The position numbers were made by a program, and so were the translations under genes. The notes under the pieces are model-generated. The model searched no databases. It saw only the letters and a program-made list of their open reading frames with translations, and had not been told where the DNA came from. A stretch of 64,000 nt of DNA, from positions 37,813 to 101,812 of the forward strand of contig DATNBH010000070.1 of NCBI GenBank assembly GCA_035572035.1. Direction: 5' to 3'. Of the stretch, positions 49,934 through 60,482 are shown piece after piece. Source of the stretch: Pyrinomonadaceae bacterium. Its GTDB lineage: Bacteria; Acidobacteriota; Blastocatellia; Pyrinomonadales; Pyrinomonadaceae. Position 1 is the stretch's first letter, and each line of letters opens with the position of its first letter.

Positions 49934-51331
49934 TTAGTCAGTTCGTGAATTTCGAATTACTGACGCCACTTCATCACGCTGAACGCGTCGCTGCTCACCG
50001 GAACGCATGTCTTTGACTGCAACTTCGTTTTGAGCTCGCTCGTCGTCACCGAGGATCGTCACGAAAGGAATTCCTCTTGAGGCAGCATGCTTAAATTGTT
50101 TTCCCATCTTGTCCGGTTCCGGATAAAGATCTACTCGCAATCCATGTGAGCGTAGTTCGGTAGCAAGCGCTATCGAATCCGACAACGTTTGTTCATTCCA
50201 CACCGTCACCATGACGTCAGCAGGTGCGCCTATCGACGCCTCTGGAAACATCTCACGTTCGTTCATCACGACGATGATGCGTTCCAGGCCCAGTGAAAAC
50301 CCACAGGCGGGAACGTCCTGGCCCAAAAACATTCCCACCAAATTGTCATATCGGCCGCCGCCACCAAGACTGCCCGCAAGATCAGGCACTGCAATTTCCA
50401 GGATTGCACCTGTGTAGTACGAGAGGCCTCGTGCCAAGCTCGGTTCTAACCGAATCCGCTGTGAAATGCCGTTTGCGGTTGCGTGTTGGAGGATCAATCG
50501 CAAATCATCAATTCCGCGAGCTCCAGTTTCATTCGCGCCGACAAACTCAACCAGTCGTCCTAAAGTCGCAGCGTTCATCGCCGCGTTCTGCTCGTGCGGC
50601 TCGCCTCCCGAAACGGTCTCCGCGGCTTGTTCCAGAGAATTCAATTCGCTGAAGAAAGACAGAAGGCGTTCTCCTGACTCAGAAGAAATCCCGCGGGCTT
50701 GTAACTCTTTCGCCACGCCGTCTCTCCCGATCTTATCGAGCTTATCGAGCGCTATGAGTGCTGCATCGTGTTTGTCAGGAGCAACGCCAGCGGCCTGTAA
50801 CACACCGCTCAGCACTTGCCTGTGATTAAGTTTGATAGTGAAGTCTTTGAAGCCAAGTTGAGTTAAGGCTTCACCGGCCGCGGCACAAATCTCCGCCTCG
50901 ACTACCATCGAACGCGAGCCGAGCACATCCACGTCGCATTGATGGAACTCGCGAAAGCGTCCCTTCGCGGGACGGTCGGCGCGCCAGACAGGCTGGATTT
51001 GATAGCGCTTGAAAAACTTCGGTAGCTTGTCGCGATACTCTGCCACGACACGCGCGAGCGGCACCGTAAGGTCGTAACGTAAAGCGAGATCGGCTTCACC
51101 GGTGCTTTCATGCACGCCTCGCTTGAGGATTTTGAAGATGAGCTGGTTGCCTTCTTCGCCGTACTTACCCATCAACGTTTCGATGTTTTCGGCAGCAGGA
51201 GTTTCGAGCGGCTCGAATCCATATCGCTCGTAGACTTCTTTGATTACGCCGATCACGTACTCGCGTTTGCGCACGTCGGCTGGAAGGAAATCGCGCATCC
51301 CGCGTGGCGGTAGGGTCTTTGCTGAAGGCAT
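49934..51331 (-). CDS. hisS: Histidyl-tRNA synthetase
   Basis: MPSAKTLPPRGMRDFLP N-terminus; GGGGRYDNLV motif 3. Confidence 0.9.
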   Translation of the reverse strand: MPSAKTLPPRGMRDFLPADVRKREYVIGVIKEVYERYGFEPLETPAAENIETLMGKYGEEGNQLIFKILKRGVHESTGEADLALRYDLTVPLARVVAEYRDKLPKFFKRYQIQPVWRADRPAKGRFREFHQCDVDVLGSRSMVVEAEICAAAGEALTQLGFKDFTIKLNHRQVLSGVLQAAGVAPDKHDAALIALDKLDKIGRDGVAKELQARGISSESGERLLSFFSELNSLEQAAETVSGGEPHEQNAAMNAATLGRLVEFVGANETGARGIDDLRLILQHATANGISQRIRLEPSLARGLSYYTGAILEIAVPDLAGSLGGGGRYDNLVGMFLGQDVPACGFSLGLERIIVVMNEREMFPEASIGAPADVMVTVWNEQTLSDSIALATELRSHGLRVDLYPEPDKMGKQFKHAASRGIPFVTILGDDERAQNEVAVKDMRSGEQRRVQRDEVASVIRNSRTD

Positions 51332-51432
51332 TTGGAGTTTTGTTAGACGACGTAGTTTGACTTTGAATACGTCATCATAACCTGATCACTAATTTGAGCA
51401 GAAACGCATTGAACGGCTGGTAGTGTCCTATT

Positions 51433-51575
51433 TTGGAGTGCGATGACCTGTCATCGCTTTCGCCCGCGGCGGCTCGACGCTGCGGGCTTTGATAATAGGC
51501 TGTTTTCGACAACTTGCTGCGACAGGTCACAGCGACCAAAGCGCCGACAGGTCGGCGCACTCCAAATTAGGGCAC
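51433..51575. mobile_element. MITE-like element, family G copy
   Basis: TTGGAGTGCGATGACCTGTCATCGC ... GCGCCGACAGGTCGGCGCACTCCAA. Confidence 0.55.
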
Positions 51576-51609
51576 TACCGAACTGCTCAGTTGCAACTCA
51601 AGCCGAATA

Positions 51610-52122
51610 TTACGTTGTCTTCAAATAAACCTTCGACAGCTCGACGTAGTTCTTCCAGAAGACGTCGAGTCCCACAACTTCTTCATCAGAGAGCGCGCGC
51701 TTGATTCGCGCGGGCATGCCCATCACCAGTGACCGAGGCGGGATGATCGTTCCCGGACTCAACAAAGCTCCAGCAGCGACAATCGAGTGATCGCCGACGC
51801 GAACGTCATCGAGAAGAATTGATCCAATTCCAATCAACGAGCCGCGCTCAACGTAGCAGCCATGTAGCGTCACGCTGTGGCCCACCGTTACTTCGTCCTC
51901 GAGAATTGTCGGGCAGGCGCCGTTCCGCACGTGCAGCACGCAATTATCCTGGACGTTCGTTCGGTTTCCGATGCGAATGAAATGCACGTCGCCACGCACT
52001 ACTGTGTTGAACCAAACCGAAGACTCTTCGCCAATATGCACATCGCCAATGACGTGGGCGCTGTTTTCAATGAAGGCGGTTGGGTGGATCCGAGGCTCGA
52101 TGTCCTTAAATGAGCGAATCAT
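51610..52122 (-). CDS. Gamma-carbonic-anhydrase-like hexapeptide-repeat protein
   Basis: Left-handed beta-helix hexapeptides; His ligands (VIGDVHIG...NCVLH). Confidence 0.8.
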   Translation of the reverse strand: MIRSFKDIEPRIHPTAFIENSAHVIGDVHIGEESSVWFNTVVRGDVHFIRIGNRTNVQDNCVLHVRNGACPTILEDEVTVGHSVTLHGCYVERGSLIGIGSILLDDVRVGDHSIVAAGALLSPGTIIPPRSLVMGMPARIKRALSDEEVVGLDVFWKNYVELSKVYLKTT

Positions 52123-52145
52123 AGTGTTGGGGTTGGATGGTTGCT

Positions 52146-53456
52146 TTACACGGCGCCGAACATCCGCAAGCGAAACTCGTCATTGAAAGCCACGATTTCA
52201 ACGCGACGGTTCGAAAACTGCCGAGCCTCTCGCTGCAGCGCCGGTAAACCGCCTGGGAATAGTTTCAGACCATAAGCTGGATTATTGAAGATCGAATGTA
52301 CCTGCGGATTGAGTCGTTGCGAAATGCCATAGCGAATCGCTTTTTGAGCTACTGGAGAAAACCCGGTCGATCGCCTTGGGTTAACAAATTCCAGACTGCG
52401 ATCCAGGATTTGTAGTCTCGTTGTCTGGTCCCGCAATGCCAGGTCACGATGGACCAGCATGTTTGCCACAGCCTCACTCAACGCGCCGCGATGATAATTT
52501 GCTCGAGCAGCTACGGGACTATCGATGGCATCGACACTGGACCATGTCCGAGGTTTCGAGTCCCACAAGTCACAGTAGCGAGAAACGAATCGCAGGCAGC
52601 TCTCGAAAACCGTAAAAAGATTTCCACTTAACTGTATGCGCTCGATGACCGGAGCTTGAATTGAATCACCTGCATATCTGGTCGCTACGATTGTCGAGCG
52701 AGGAAGCAATTCAGCTACTCGAGCGTCGCGGCCGAACAGTAGTACGCCGGCGACACTCGGGACAGGTTCCGCAGCCTCGGTCGCCGTCAACAACAGATCT
52801 TTTTCGAAGACAGATTTGGTGGGATAACCGTTAGGGCTCGTTTCATCAAAGGCATCGCCGTCAAACTCGCGGACGAAACTCCAAAGCAAGCCTTCATCGA
52901 TGTCTGCCATCGTGGCTCCAAGCGCGGCCACGTTCTCGAAGCGGGCCGGACGGGCTTCATCGAGCAATGCCGACAGCTCTTCTCGGGTAGCTTCGCGTTT
53001 CTCGGATCCGATTCGGACATAAAATCGTCCCTCGCGGGTACGATATGGGCGACGCCGGCCTTCGATGTCGAGTGCAACCACTCTCCTGCCGCTATCAAAT
53101 GCAATGCGATCAATGAACGGAATTATCGAAGGCGTAACTTCGTCACGGCATATCCGAACTAACTCGTCCTGTACACTTTCAGGATCTTCGACTCCCTCGA
53201 GGCGCAGTTGATCGTTCACGCCAAACACGATCACGCCGCCACCCGTGTTTGCGAGGGCCACAATTTCCTGCGCAATTTTCTCGGAGTTTGATAGCTTTAC
53301 TTTTAGCTCAAGAAACGTGTCTTCGCCGCCACGAACGAGGCGTAATAGTTCGGTTCGCGAAGTCTGAGGAGCAGGAGTGGAAAGGACGTATTCCTGGAAG
53401 GACCGCTCGGTTTTGGGTTCGTGTCGCTGATTGCTGCGAAATCGTCTGCGAGCCAT
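52146..53456 (-). CDS. AlbA_2 (Schlafen-like divergent AAA) + HATPase_c_4 putative DNA-binding regulator
   Basis: N-terminal EDTFLELKV...ALANTGGGVIVFGV; C-terminal ANMLVHRDL....I.IL.DRSLEFVNPR. Confidence 0.7.
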   Translation of the reverse strand: MARRRFRSNQRHEPKTERSFQEYVLSTPAPQTSRTELLRLVRGGEDTFLELKVKLSNSEKIAQEIVALANTGGGVIVFGVNDQLRLEGVEDPESVQDELVRICRDEVTPSIIPFIDRIAFDSGRRVVALDIEGRRRPYRTREGRFYVRIGSEKREATREELSALLDEARPARFENVAALGATMADIDEGLLWSFVREFDGDAFDETSPNGYPTKSVFEKDLLLTATEAAEPVPSVAGVLLFGRDARVAELLPRSTIVATRYAGDSIQAPVIERIQLSGNLFTVFESCLRFVSRYCDLWDSKPRTWSSVDAIDSPVAARANYHRGALSEAVANMLVHRDLALRDQTTRLQILDRSLEFVNPRRSTGFSPVAQKAIRYGISQRLNPQVHSIFNNPAYGLKLFPGGLPALQREARQFSNRRVEIVAFNDEFRLRMFGAV

Positions 53457-53571
53457 TTTGTGTTGACGGGGCTCTGTGGTGCCCGCCCGGACGCTACGCA
53501 ATCAGAACGCCAGCGTCACTGGAATCGATCAAATTAGAACAAAGTGAGTGTAACACAGCTCGATCGTCGGA

Positions 53572-53680
53572 AGGTCTTTGGTCTTGGGTTTTTGGTCTTT
53601 GGTTTTGTTCTTTGTGTTTGGTGCCTGGTTCTTTGCGCTTGGTGCTTGGTTCTTTGTGCTTGGTGCTTGGTGAGTGGCTG
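53572..53680. repeat. Family C CTTTG-rich tandem/palindromic repeat
   Basis: GGTCTTTGGTCTTGG...GGTGCTTGGTTCTTTG x3. Confidence 0.6.
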
Positions 53681-53744
53681 GTCAGAGTGTGGTCACGATG
53701 AAGTCTTTTGTATGAAAGCGTCTGGACATTTTTCGAGTAAGATG

Positions 53745-53780
53745 CGCAATCAGCAATCAGCAATCAGCAATCAGCAATCA
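53745..53780. repeat. Tandem heptamer (AATCAGC)x5 abutting the folK start codon
   Basis: Ends 1 nt before the ATG at 53782. Confidence 0.7.
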
Positions 53781-53781
53781 C

Positions 53782-54300
53782 ATGGTGCCTACAAGCGAGA
53801 ATGCTTTTGTGAGTTTGGGATCGAATCTCGGCGACCGCGCGGGAAACTTGATTCTTGCTGTTAGAGGAATAATGGACAGTGGTATGCACGTCGCGCGTTT
53901 GTCTTCTATTTATGAAACCGAGCCGGTCGAGACTTTTCCGCAACCTAACTTTTTGAATATGGTGGCTGAATTAACGGCGGACGGATTGCCCGAACCAGAG
54001 CAGCTTTTGGCCCGACTCCTTCGCGTTGAATACAGCTTAGGACGAACTCGTGAGGCGCCTAATGGTCCGCGAACTATCGATCTTGACCTGTTGTTTTACG
54101 GTGACAAGGTGCGAACGACCGAATTTCTCACGCTACCTCATCCTCGACTAGCTCGACGTCGCTTCGTACTCGAGCCGATGTCCGAGCTCGCACCGAAGCT
54201 GGTTCATCCTACGCTGCAGAAGACGATCGAAGAGTTGTTATCGGAGATCGGAGATGATTCGCAAGTTCGATTATGGAAACCCGCTACGAATCTGGCGTAG
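53782..54300 (+). CDS. folK: 2-amino-4-hydroxy-6-hydroxymethyldihydropteridine diphosphokinase
   Basis: AFVSLGSNLGD...YETEPV...RTIDLDLLFYGD. Confidence 0.85.
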   Translation: MVPTSENAFVSLGSNLGDRAGNLILAVRGIMDSGMHVARLSSIYETEPVETFPQPNFLNMVAELTADGLPEPEQLLARLLRVEYSLGRTREAPNGPRTIDLDLLFYGDKVRTTEFLTLPHPRLARRRFVLEPMSELAPKLVHPTLQKTIEELLSEIGDDSQVRLWKPATNLA

Positions 54301-54447
54301 ATTCATTCGTCCTAACGGCGTCAGTTCTTTTCCGTTTTTTGGCTTTATCGTTATAATGGCCGCCACTTGTTAGCACGCCTTGCACATCACCATTCGTTCC
54401 ATTTCGGCGGCAATTCCGCCCAAGCCCTACGACCAGGGAGATAAGCC

Positions 54448-55341
54448 ATGCCATATCTGAAGCCAGAACGGCCGGAAAAAGTCAGTGCGCCATCTTTGCG
54501 CGCCAGTAAAGAACGTGGCGAGCGGCTCGTCTGTTTGACTGCTTATGACTACCCGACCGCGCGTCTCGTGGACGAGGCAGGCATTGACGTCATTCTTGTC
54601 GGCGATAGTTTGGGAAATGTTGTGCTTGGCTATGGCAACACCGTGCCTGTCACGCTCGATGAAATGCTTACGCACGTCAAAGCCGTACGTCGCGCGGTGC
54701 AACGAGCCCTGTTGGTCGCCGACATGCCTTACGGATCATTTCACACCGGCGCCGACGAGGCTGTTAAGAACGCCTTGCGTCTGGTGAAGGAGGGTGGGGC
54801 TGAAGCTATCAAACTCGAAGGCGGTCACAAACGTGTACATTTGGTGAAGAGACTGGTCGATGAAGAAATAGCAGTGATGGGGCACATTGGCTTGACGCCA
54901 CAATCAATCAACAAGCTTGGCGCGTATCGCGTGCAAGGTAAGACCGCGGGAGCCGCGCGCCAATTGCTCGATGATGCGAAGGCGATGGAAGATGCTGGCG
55001 CATTTGCGCTCGTGCTCGAGGTTGTTCCGCGCGAGATTGCCAAGCTGATCACAGAAAGTATCAGCATCCCCACCATCGGTATCGGAGCCGGCGTGCACTG
55101 CGACATTCAGGTTCTTGTCTTACACGATATGCTCGGTCTCTCGTTTGGCAAGCAGGCTCGCTTCGTTCGGCCGTATGCAAACCTGCACGACACGATCACC
55201 GACGCCGTCAGTCGTTTTGCTGAAGACGTTCGCAATGGATCCTATCCTTCCGAGCAGGAATCATACGGACTACCGGCGGAAGCAGCTGAAGAACTTCACA
55301 TTTCTATCTCAGAGAATTCCAGGAAACCTGCAAAGCCCTGA
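54448..55341 (+). CDS. panB: 3-methyl-2-oxobutanoate hydroxymethyltransferase
   Basis: LTAYDYPTARLVDEAGIDVILVGDSLGNVVLGY. Confidence 0.9.
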   Translation: MPYLKPERPEKVSAPSLRASKERGERLVCLTAYDYPTARLVDEAGIDVILVGDSLGNVVLGYGNTVPVTLDEMLTHVKAVRRAVQRALLVADMPYGSFHTGADEAVKNALRLVKEGGAEAIKLEGGHKRVHLVKRLVDEEIAVMGHIGLTPQSINKLGAYRVQGKTAGAARQLLDDAKAMEDAGAFALVLEVVPREIAKLITESISIPTIGIGAGVHCDIQVLVLHDMLGLSFGKQARFVRPYANLHDTITDAVSRFAEDVRNGSYPSEQESYGLPAEAAEELHISISENSRKPAKP

Positions 55342-55360
55342 CTCTTTCCCGCGAAATCAT

Positions 55361-56245
55361 ATGGAGATCATTAATCGTCGTCAGCGCATGAGTTCGGTTG
55401 CGCGCAAGATACGCCGCGAGCAGGACAAGAGCGTCGGTTTGGTGCCGACGATGGGTGCGCTTCACGAAGGTCATTTGAGTCTCGTGAAAGAGGCTCGGCA
55501 AATGTGCGACATTGTCGTGGTTTCCGTGTTTGTCAATCCGACGCAGTTTGCTCCTAATGAAGACTTCGCGCATTACCCGCGTGATTTGACGAAAGACACG
55601 GCGCTCTTAACCGACTACAACGTGGATTACATATTCGCTCCGACCGCGGAAGAGATGTACCCGAAGGGGTATTCAACGTATGTGACCGTCGAAGGCTTAT
55701 CTGATCAGCTTGAGGGCGTATCGCGCCCCGGACACTTTCGTGGAGTGGCTACAATCGTAACTATTCTTCTCAACACAATCCGTCCTGACTTTGCTTTCTT
55801 CGGACAAAAGGATGCGCAACAGGCTTTGATTATTAAGCGATTAGTGCGCGACCTTGCCTTAGATGCCGAAATCGTAGTTTTGCCGACCGTGCGCGAGGAT
55901 TCAGGGCTGGCGATGTCGTCGCGGAATGCTTACCTGAGCAGCGAGGAACGCGAATCCGCCAAGGTGATTCACCGTTCCCTTATCAAAGCGAAAGAGGCTT
56001 ATAAGACAGGCGAGCGGAATGCTTCCAAGCTCACAGAAATTGTGCGTAAGACGATTGAGACTGAGCCACGCGCGCGACTCGAGTATGTAAATATCGCCAA
56101 CGCGGAAACTCTCGAGCGACTAGAGAAGCTTGAAGATCACCCGGTTCTGATATCAATGGCTGTCTTCGTTGGAAAGACCAGATTGATCGACAATATTCAG
56201 ATGAATGTGGGCGCCAAAAAGAAGGACGCCCTCGTGAAGGGCTGA
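55361..56245 (+). CDS. panC: Pantoate--beta-alanine ligase
   Basis: VPTMGALHEGHLSLV HIGH-type motif; start at MEIINRRQ rather than the long overlapping ORF. Confidence 0.9.
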   Translation: MEIINRRQRMSSVARKIRREQDKSVGLVPTMGALHEGHLSLVKEARQMCDIVVVSVFVNPTQFAPNEDFAHYPRDLTKDTALLTDYNVDYIFAPTAEEMYPKGYSTYVTVEGLSDQLEGVSRPGHFRGVATIVTILLNTIRPDFAFFGQKDAQQALIIKRLVRDLALDAEIVVLPTVREDSGLAMSSRNAYLSSEERESAKVIHRSLIKAKEAYKTGERNASKLTEIVRKTIETEPRARLEYVNIANAETLERLEKLEDHPVLISMAVFVGKTRLIDNIQMNVGAKKKDALVKG

Positions 56246-56284
56246 CAGTCAGATTTGTGATATTCTCCGACTAAGAAACTAGCT

Positions 56285-56464
56285 ATGAGCACTACGAAAG
56301 AAGAGGCGATGCAGTTAATTTCCCGTTTGCCAGAAGAGGTGACGTGGGAAGACATAATGTACCGACTCTATGTAAAGCGAAAGATTGAAGAGGGGCTAAA
56401 GGCAGAGAAAGAGGGTCGGACAGTCACACATGATCAGGTCAAAGAACTGTTTGCACGCGAATGA
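56285..56464 (+). CDS. Small antitoxin-like protein (59 aa) overlapping the ParE/RelE toxin start (ATGA)
   Basis: Not in the ORF track (under 60 aa); 4-nt overlap with the downstream toxin gene. Confidence 0.55.
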   Translation: MSTTKEEAMQLISRLPEEVTWEDIMYRLYVKRKIEEGLKAEKEGRTVTHDQVKELFARE

Positions 56465-56769
56465 AGATTTTCTGGACTGAGCCCGCCGTTGAAGACCTCC
56501 GCGAACTACACGATTATATAGCGAGAGATTCTCAAGCTTACGCCAGTCGATTCGTGGAGCGCCTCTTTTCGGCTGTAGAGAGGCTCTCGGATCATCCCAA
56601 GCTTGGGCGATTGGTTCCCGAAGCAAATGACGATGACATTAGGGAATTACTCTATAGGAGTTACCGTATCATCTATCGAGTCACGTCTCGCCGCGTTGCT
56701 GTGCTCGCAGTCATTCATGGAGCCCGGGATCTCGGCAGTCGTGACCCGGCGCCCTGGGATGTTGAGTAA
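56461..56769 (+). CDS. Type II toxin, RelE/ParE family
   Basis: YRIIYRV...VLAVIHGARD. Confidence 0.8.
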   Translation: MKIFWTEPAVEDLRELHDYIARDSQAYASRFVERLFSAVERLSDHPKLGRLVPEANDDDIRELLYRSYRIIYRVTSRRVAVLAVIHGARDLGSRDPAPWDVE

Positions 56770-57284
56770 TGAATAAAGCTCACATCAGATTTCTATTGAA
56801 CGGCGAGGAGACCGAGGTGGCCTTCGCGCCGCACAAAACACTGCTCGAAGCCCTGCGCGAAGATCTAAACCTAACTGGAACCAAGCACGGTTGTGAGCTG
56901 GGGGAATGCGGGACATGCACGGTGTTGGTCGACGGCCGCTCGATACTTTCTTGTCTGATGCTCGGTCTGGATGCTGAAGACCGGCAAGTTACTACGATTG
57001 AAGGCATGGCTGATGGAGCCGTTTTGCATCCGCTTCAGGATACGTTTGCCGATCTCGGCGCAGCCCAATGTGGATATTGCTCGCCGGGATTTTTATTGGC
57101 CGCGAAAGAGCTCCTCGAGAAAAAGCCAAAGCCTTCAAGGGACGAGATCAAGGAAGCACTTTCAGGCAATCTTTGTCGATGTACGGGATACATTAAGATT
57201 TACGAGGCAGTCGAGCTGGCCGCAGCCCGAATGCGGGGCGAGCCCATGGAGCTTCCTCGCGAGAGCCTTTACGGGCTGGAATAG
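56769..57284 (+). CDS. (2Fe-2S)-binding small subunit of an aerobic CODH/xanthine-dehydrogenase-family molybdoenzyme (CoxS-like)
   Basis: CELGECGTCTV and CGYCSPG...NLCRCTGY cysteine clusters. Confidence 0.85.
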   Translation: MNKAHIRFLLNGEETEVAFAPHKTLLEALREDLNLTGTKHGCELGECGTCTVLVDGRSILSCLMLGLDAEDRQVTTIEGMADGAVLHPLQDTFADLGAAQCGYCSPGFLLAAKELLEKKPKPSRDEIKEALSGNLCRCTGYIKIYEAVELAAARMRGEPMELPRESLYGLE

Positions 57285-57381
57285 CGTTGCTTAGCGAATG
57301 CGCTAAGCGAGAACTTGCGCAATACTTTGCCATCGTGCTAAGTTACGGCTCCGATATCAATCTTAATTTGGAGGCCCTAAC

Positions 57382-57708
57382 ATGTCAGATTCAGGTACGC
57401 CGGTTTTGACGCACGTCACTTATCGGCCCAAAAAAGGCAAAGAAGAAGAGCTTTTCACGCTGGTAAAGAAACATTGGCCGATGCTCAAAGGGATCGGTTT
57501 GGTTACCAACGACCCAGCCAAAGTTTACCGAGCCACCGACAAACGTTCCGGTGCGGTCTATTTCATAGAGATTTTTTCCTGGCGAGATGAAAAGGCGCCC
57601 GATATTGCCCATCAAACCCCCGAAGTAATGTCGGTTTGGGAGACAATGGGCCCGGTCTTGGAAGGGTTGGAGCTCGCCGCGCTCGAACCGTTTAGTGCCG
57701 AAGCTTAG
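57382..57708 (+). CDS. Small hypothetical protein (possible ABM/Dabb-like alpha+beta barrel)
   Basis: Weak; 108 aa. Confidence 0.35.
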   Translation: MSDSGTPVLTHVTYRPKKGKEEELFTLVKKHWPMLKGIGLVTNDPAKVYRATDKRSGAVYFIEIFSWRDEKAPDIAHQTPEVMSVWETMGPVLEGLELAALEPFSAEA

Positions 57709-58003
57709 TGCAGAAGAACGACTCGCCGCTCTGGACGCGGTCTGTAGCGCGCTGGCCCATCCGGCGCGCCGCCAGATTCTGTTGACGATGAAGTTTCGCG
57801 GCGGCAGCATGACAGCAGGCGAGATTACTGGTCGATTCGGTCATGCGTGGCCCACTACGACCAGGCATCTGCGCGTTCTGGAAGCGGCGGGTCTGGTTTC
57901 GTTTCAAAAGCGCGGGCGCAAACGAGTCTATCGCCTCGAGCGAAAGCGTTTGGCGATTATGAATGAGTGGCTGCGGTGGTTCGAAGATGAAGTTCCGGAG
58001 TAA
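57695..58003 (+). CDS. ArsR/SmtB-family transcriptional regulator
   Basis: LAHPARRQILL...GEI.......TTTRHLRVLEAAGLV. Confidence 0.8.
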   Translation: MPKLSAEERLAALDAVCSALAHPARRQILLTMKFRGGSMTAGEITGRFGHAWPTTTRHLRVLEAAGLVSFQKRGRKRVYRLERKRLAIMNEWLRWFEDEVPE

Positions 58004-58016
58004 GGATAGTCAATAG

Positions 58017-60467
58017 GTGAGTAGCGAACAGAATTCGAAACCTCTGAATGTCGTCGGCAAGCCTTTTCGCAAAGTCGATGCGCGCGCGAAATGCACCGGC
58101 CAAACAAAGTTTGCCGATGACATCGTCTTGCCACGCATGCTTGCGTGCAAATTGCTGCGCAGCCATGTACCGCACGCGCTGATCAAGAACATCGACACTT
58201 CAAAGGCGGAAGCGTTGCCCGGCGTCTTCGCTATCATCACCGGCAAAGACCTGCCCATCAGCTACGGAATTCTGCCGGTCAGCCAGGACGAACACGCGCT
58301 CTGCGTCAACAAAGTGCGTTTCATCGGCGATCCGGTGGCAGCTGTTGCTGCAATCGACGAGGACGTTGCTTTCGATGCAATGAACTTGATTGAAGTCGAG
58401 TACGAGCTCCTGCCGACCATCGCCTCGATTGATGAAGCAATTCTGATCGACGAGCCTCGTATTCATGAGTACGGCGACGGCGGCAACATACACAAACGCG
58501 TGTCTCTACAGTTTGGCGAAGTCGAAGAAGGCTTCGCCGAAGCTGATCTGATTCGTGAAGACACTTTCTTCTACGAAGGCAACACTCACTTGCCGATGGA
58601 GCAGCACGCAGCGCTTGCTCACTTTGATTCAGATCAGAAGCTCACCCTCTGGAGCTCGACTCAGACGCCGCATTATGTGCACCGCGCGCTGACGAAAGTC
58701 CTGGGAATTCCCGCGAGCCACATCCGTGTGATTGCCACTCCCAACGGCGGCGGCTTTGGCGGCAAGAGCGATCCTTTCAACCACGAAGTCGTGGTGTGCA
58801 AGCTGGCCATGATTACGGGTCGCCCGGTGAAGAACACGCTTACGCGCGAAGAAGTTTTTTACTGCCATCGCGGCCGCCATCCCGTGCTGATGCACGTCAA
58901 GACGGGTGTGAAGAAAGACGGCGCGATTACTGCGATGCACTTTCAGTCGCTGCTCGATGGCGGCGCGTACGGAAGCTACGGCGTAGCCAGCACGTTCTAC
59001 ACGGGAGCTCTGCAAACAGTCACCTATGAAGTGCCTCGCTACAAATTCGACGGGCTGCGCGCCTTCACGAACAAACCGCCGTGCGGACCCAAGCGAGGAC
59101 ACGGCACACCCCAGCCACGCTATGCACTCGAAGTTCAGCTCGACAAGATCGCCGAACAACTGAAGCTCGATCCCGCCGATATTCGCCGGAATCATTTGGT
59201 CAAGCCTTACTCAGTAACAGCGAACTATCTGCGCATCGGCAGCATGGGCCTGGGCAAGTGTATCGACAAAGTCGTGGAAGGCTCGGACTGGAAGAACAGG
59301 TTCTCCGGTTGGAACCAAAACAATCGCAAGCTTCCGTTTGGCAAAGGAATCGGTATCGCTTGCAGCTCGTATATCTGCGGCGCGGGATTGCCGATCTACT
59401 GGAACAACATGCCGCAGTCGGGAGTGCAACTGCGACTCGATCGGCAGGGCGGCGTTTGCGTGATGTGTGGCTCCACCGACATCGGCCAGGGATCTGACTC
59501 GATTCTTGCTTACATCGTGGCTGAAGTACTTGGAATCGATCCTTTTGATATTCGAGTTGTTACTGCTGATACGGATCTGACGCCGGTCGATCTGGGGAGC
59601 TATTCCAGTCGCGTGACGTTGATGACAGGCAATGCTGCGGTGCAAGCTGCTGAGCGCGCGCGCGAGCTTCTGGTGATAGCTGTTGCGGAGAAACTCGGCG
59701 TGCCTATTGAAAATATTTCGTTGGCTGAGCGGCGCGTCTTTGATGTCGAGAATCCTGAGGTCGGCGTGTCGTTCGCTGAGGCGGTGGTACTGGCAGAATC
59801 AAAGTTCGGCACTATCGGAACGGTTGGCTCGTACTCGCCACCAGCCTCGCCGGGTAAATTCAAAGGTGCGGGGGTGGGACCTTCGCCGGCTTACAGTTAT
59901 TCCGCGGCAGTTGCTGAAGTCGATGTCGATCCTTCGACCGGCATCGTGACAGTCGAGCGTGTTTGGATCGCACACGACATTGGCAAGTCGATTAATCCCG
60001 TGCTCGTGATGGGCCAGGTCGAAGGCAGTGTCTACATGGGATTAGGCGAGATTCTCATGGAAGAGATGTCTTATCGTGAGAATCGAAATATCGTGCACAA
60101 GATTCCATCGATGCTCGAGTACAAGAGTCCGACGACGATGGAAATGTGCGATGTCAAGACTTACCTGATTGAAGATCCGGATCCAAACGGACCTTTCGGC
60201 GCTAAGGAAGTTGGGCAAGGACCGCTGTTACCGGTGCCGCCTGCGGTTGCCAACGCTGTCTACGATGCGGTCGGCGTTCGCGTTGACGAAGTGCCCATCA
60301 CCCCGGAAAAAGTTATGAAAGCGTTGAAAGAAAAGAACGCCGGCCGCGAAGCTCGCTTCGGACCAACGTCTATTCCGAAAGTTGACTGGCCCGAGCCACA
60401 GCGTATCTTGACGCCCGCCGAAGGCGGCGACGGTCGCGAAATGCCTCGCGTAGCCGTGCACTCGTAA
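58017..60467 (+). CDS. Molybdopterin-binding large subunit of xanthine-dehydrogenase/CODH-family enzyme (CoxL-like)
   Basis: About 800 aa with the aldehyde oxidase/xanthine dehydrogenase a/b hammerhead and MoCo-binding regions. Confidence 0.85.
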   Translation: MSSEQNSKPLNVVGKPFRKVDARAKCTGQTKFADDIVLPRMLACKLLRSHVPHALIKNIDTSKAEALPGVFAIITGKDLPISYGILPVSQDEHALCVNKVRFIGDPVAAVAAIDEDVAFDAMNLIEVEYELLPTIASIDEAILIDEPRIHEYGDGGNIHKRVSLQFGEVEEGFAEADLIREDTFFYEGNTHLPMEQHAALAHFDSDQKLTLWSSTQTPHYVHRALTKVLGIPASHIRVIATPNGGGFGGKSDPFNHEVVVCKLAMITGRPVKNTLTREEVFYCHRGRHPVLMHVKTGVKKDGAITAMHFQSLLDGGAYGSYGVASTFYTGALQTVTYEVPRYKFDGLRAFTNKPPCGPKRGHGTPQPRYALEVQLDKIAEQLKLDPADIRRNHLVKPYSVTANYLRIGSMGLGKCIDKVVEGSDWKNRFSGWNQNNRKLPFGKGIGIACSSYICGAGLPIYWNNMPQSGVQLRLDRQGGVCVMCGSTDIGQGSDSILAYIVAEVLGIDPFDIRVVTADTDLTPVDLGSYSSRVTLMTGNAAVQAAERARELLVIAVAEKLGVPIENISLAERRVFDVENPEVGVSFAEAVVLAESKFGTIGTVGSYSPPASPGKFKGAGVGPSPAYSYSAAVAEVDVDPSTGIVTVERVWIAHDIGKSINPVLVMGQVEGSVYMGLGEILMEEMSYRENRNIVHKIPSMLEYKSPTTMEMCDVKTYLIEDPDPNGPFGAKEVGQGPLLPVPPAVANAVYDAVGVRVDEVPITPEKVMKALKEKNAGREARFGPTSIPKVDWPEPQRILTPAEGGDGREMPRVAVHS

Positions 60468-60482
60468 AGTCGTGGTCAAGCA

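Noticed and set aside
53249-53864. ORFs 53249-53701+ and 53544-53864+ encoding Cys/Leu/Trp repeats
   Set aside because: They are translations of the family C CTTTG tandem repeat and heptamer repeat in the folK upstream intergenic region. They are not credible proteins.
55115-55360. 82-codon upstream extension of panC overlapping panB
   Set aside because: The conserved PanC N-terminus begins at MEIINRRQ...VPTMGALHEGH. The extension lies in a different frame over the panB 3' end.
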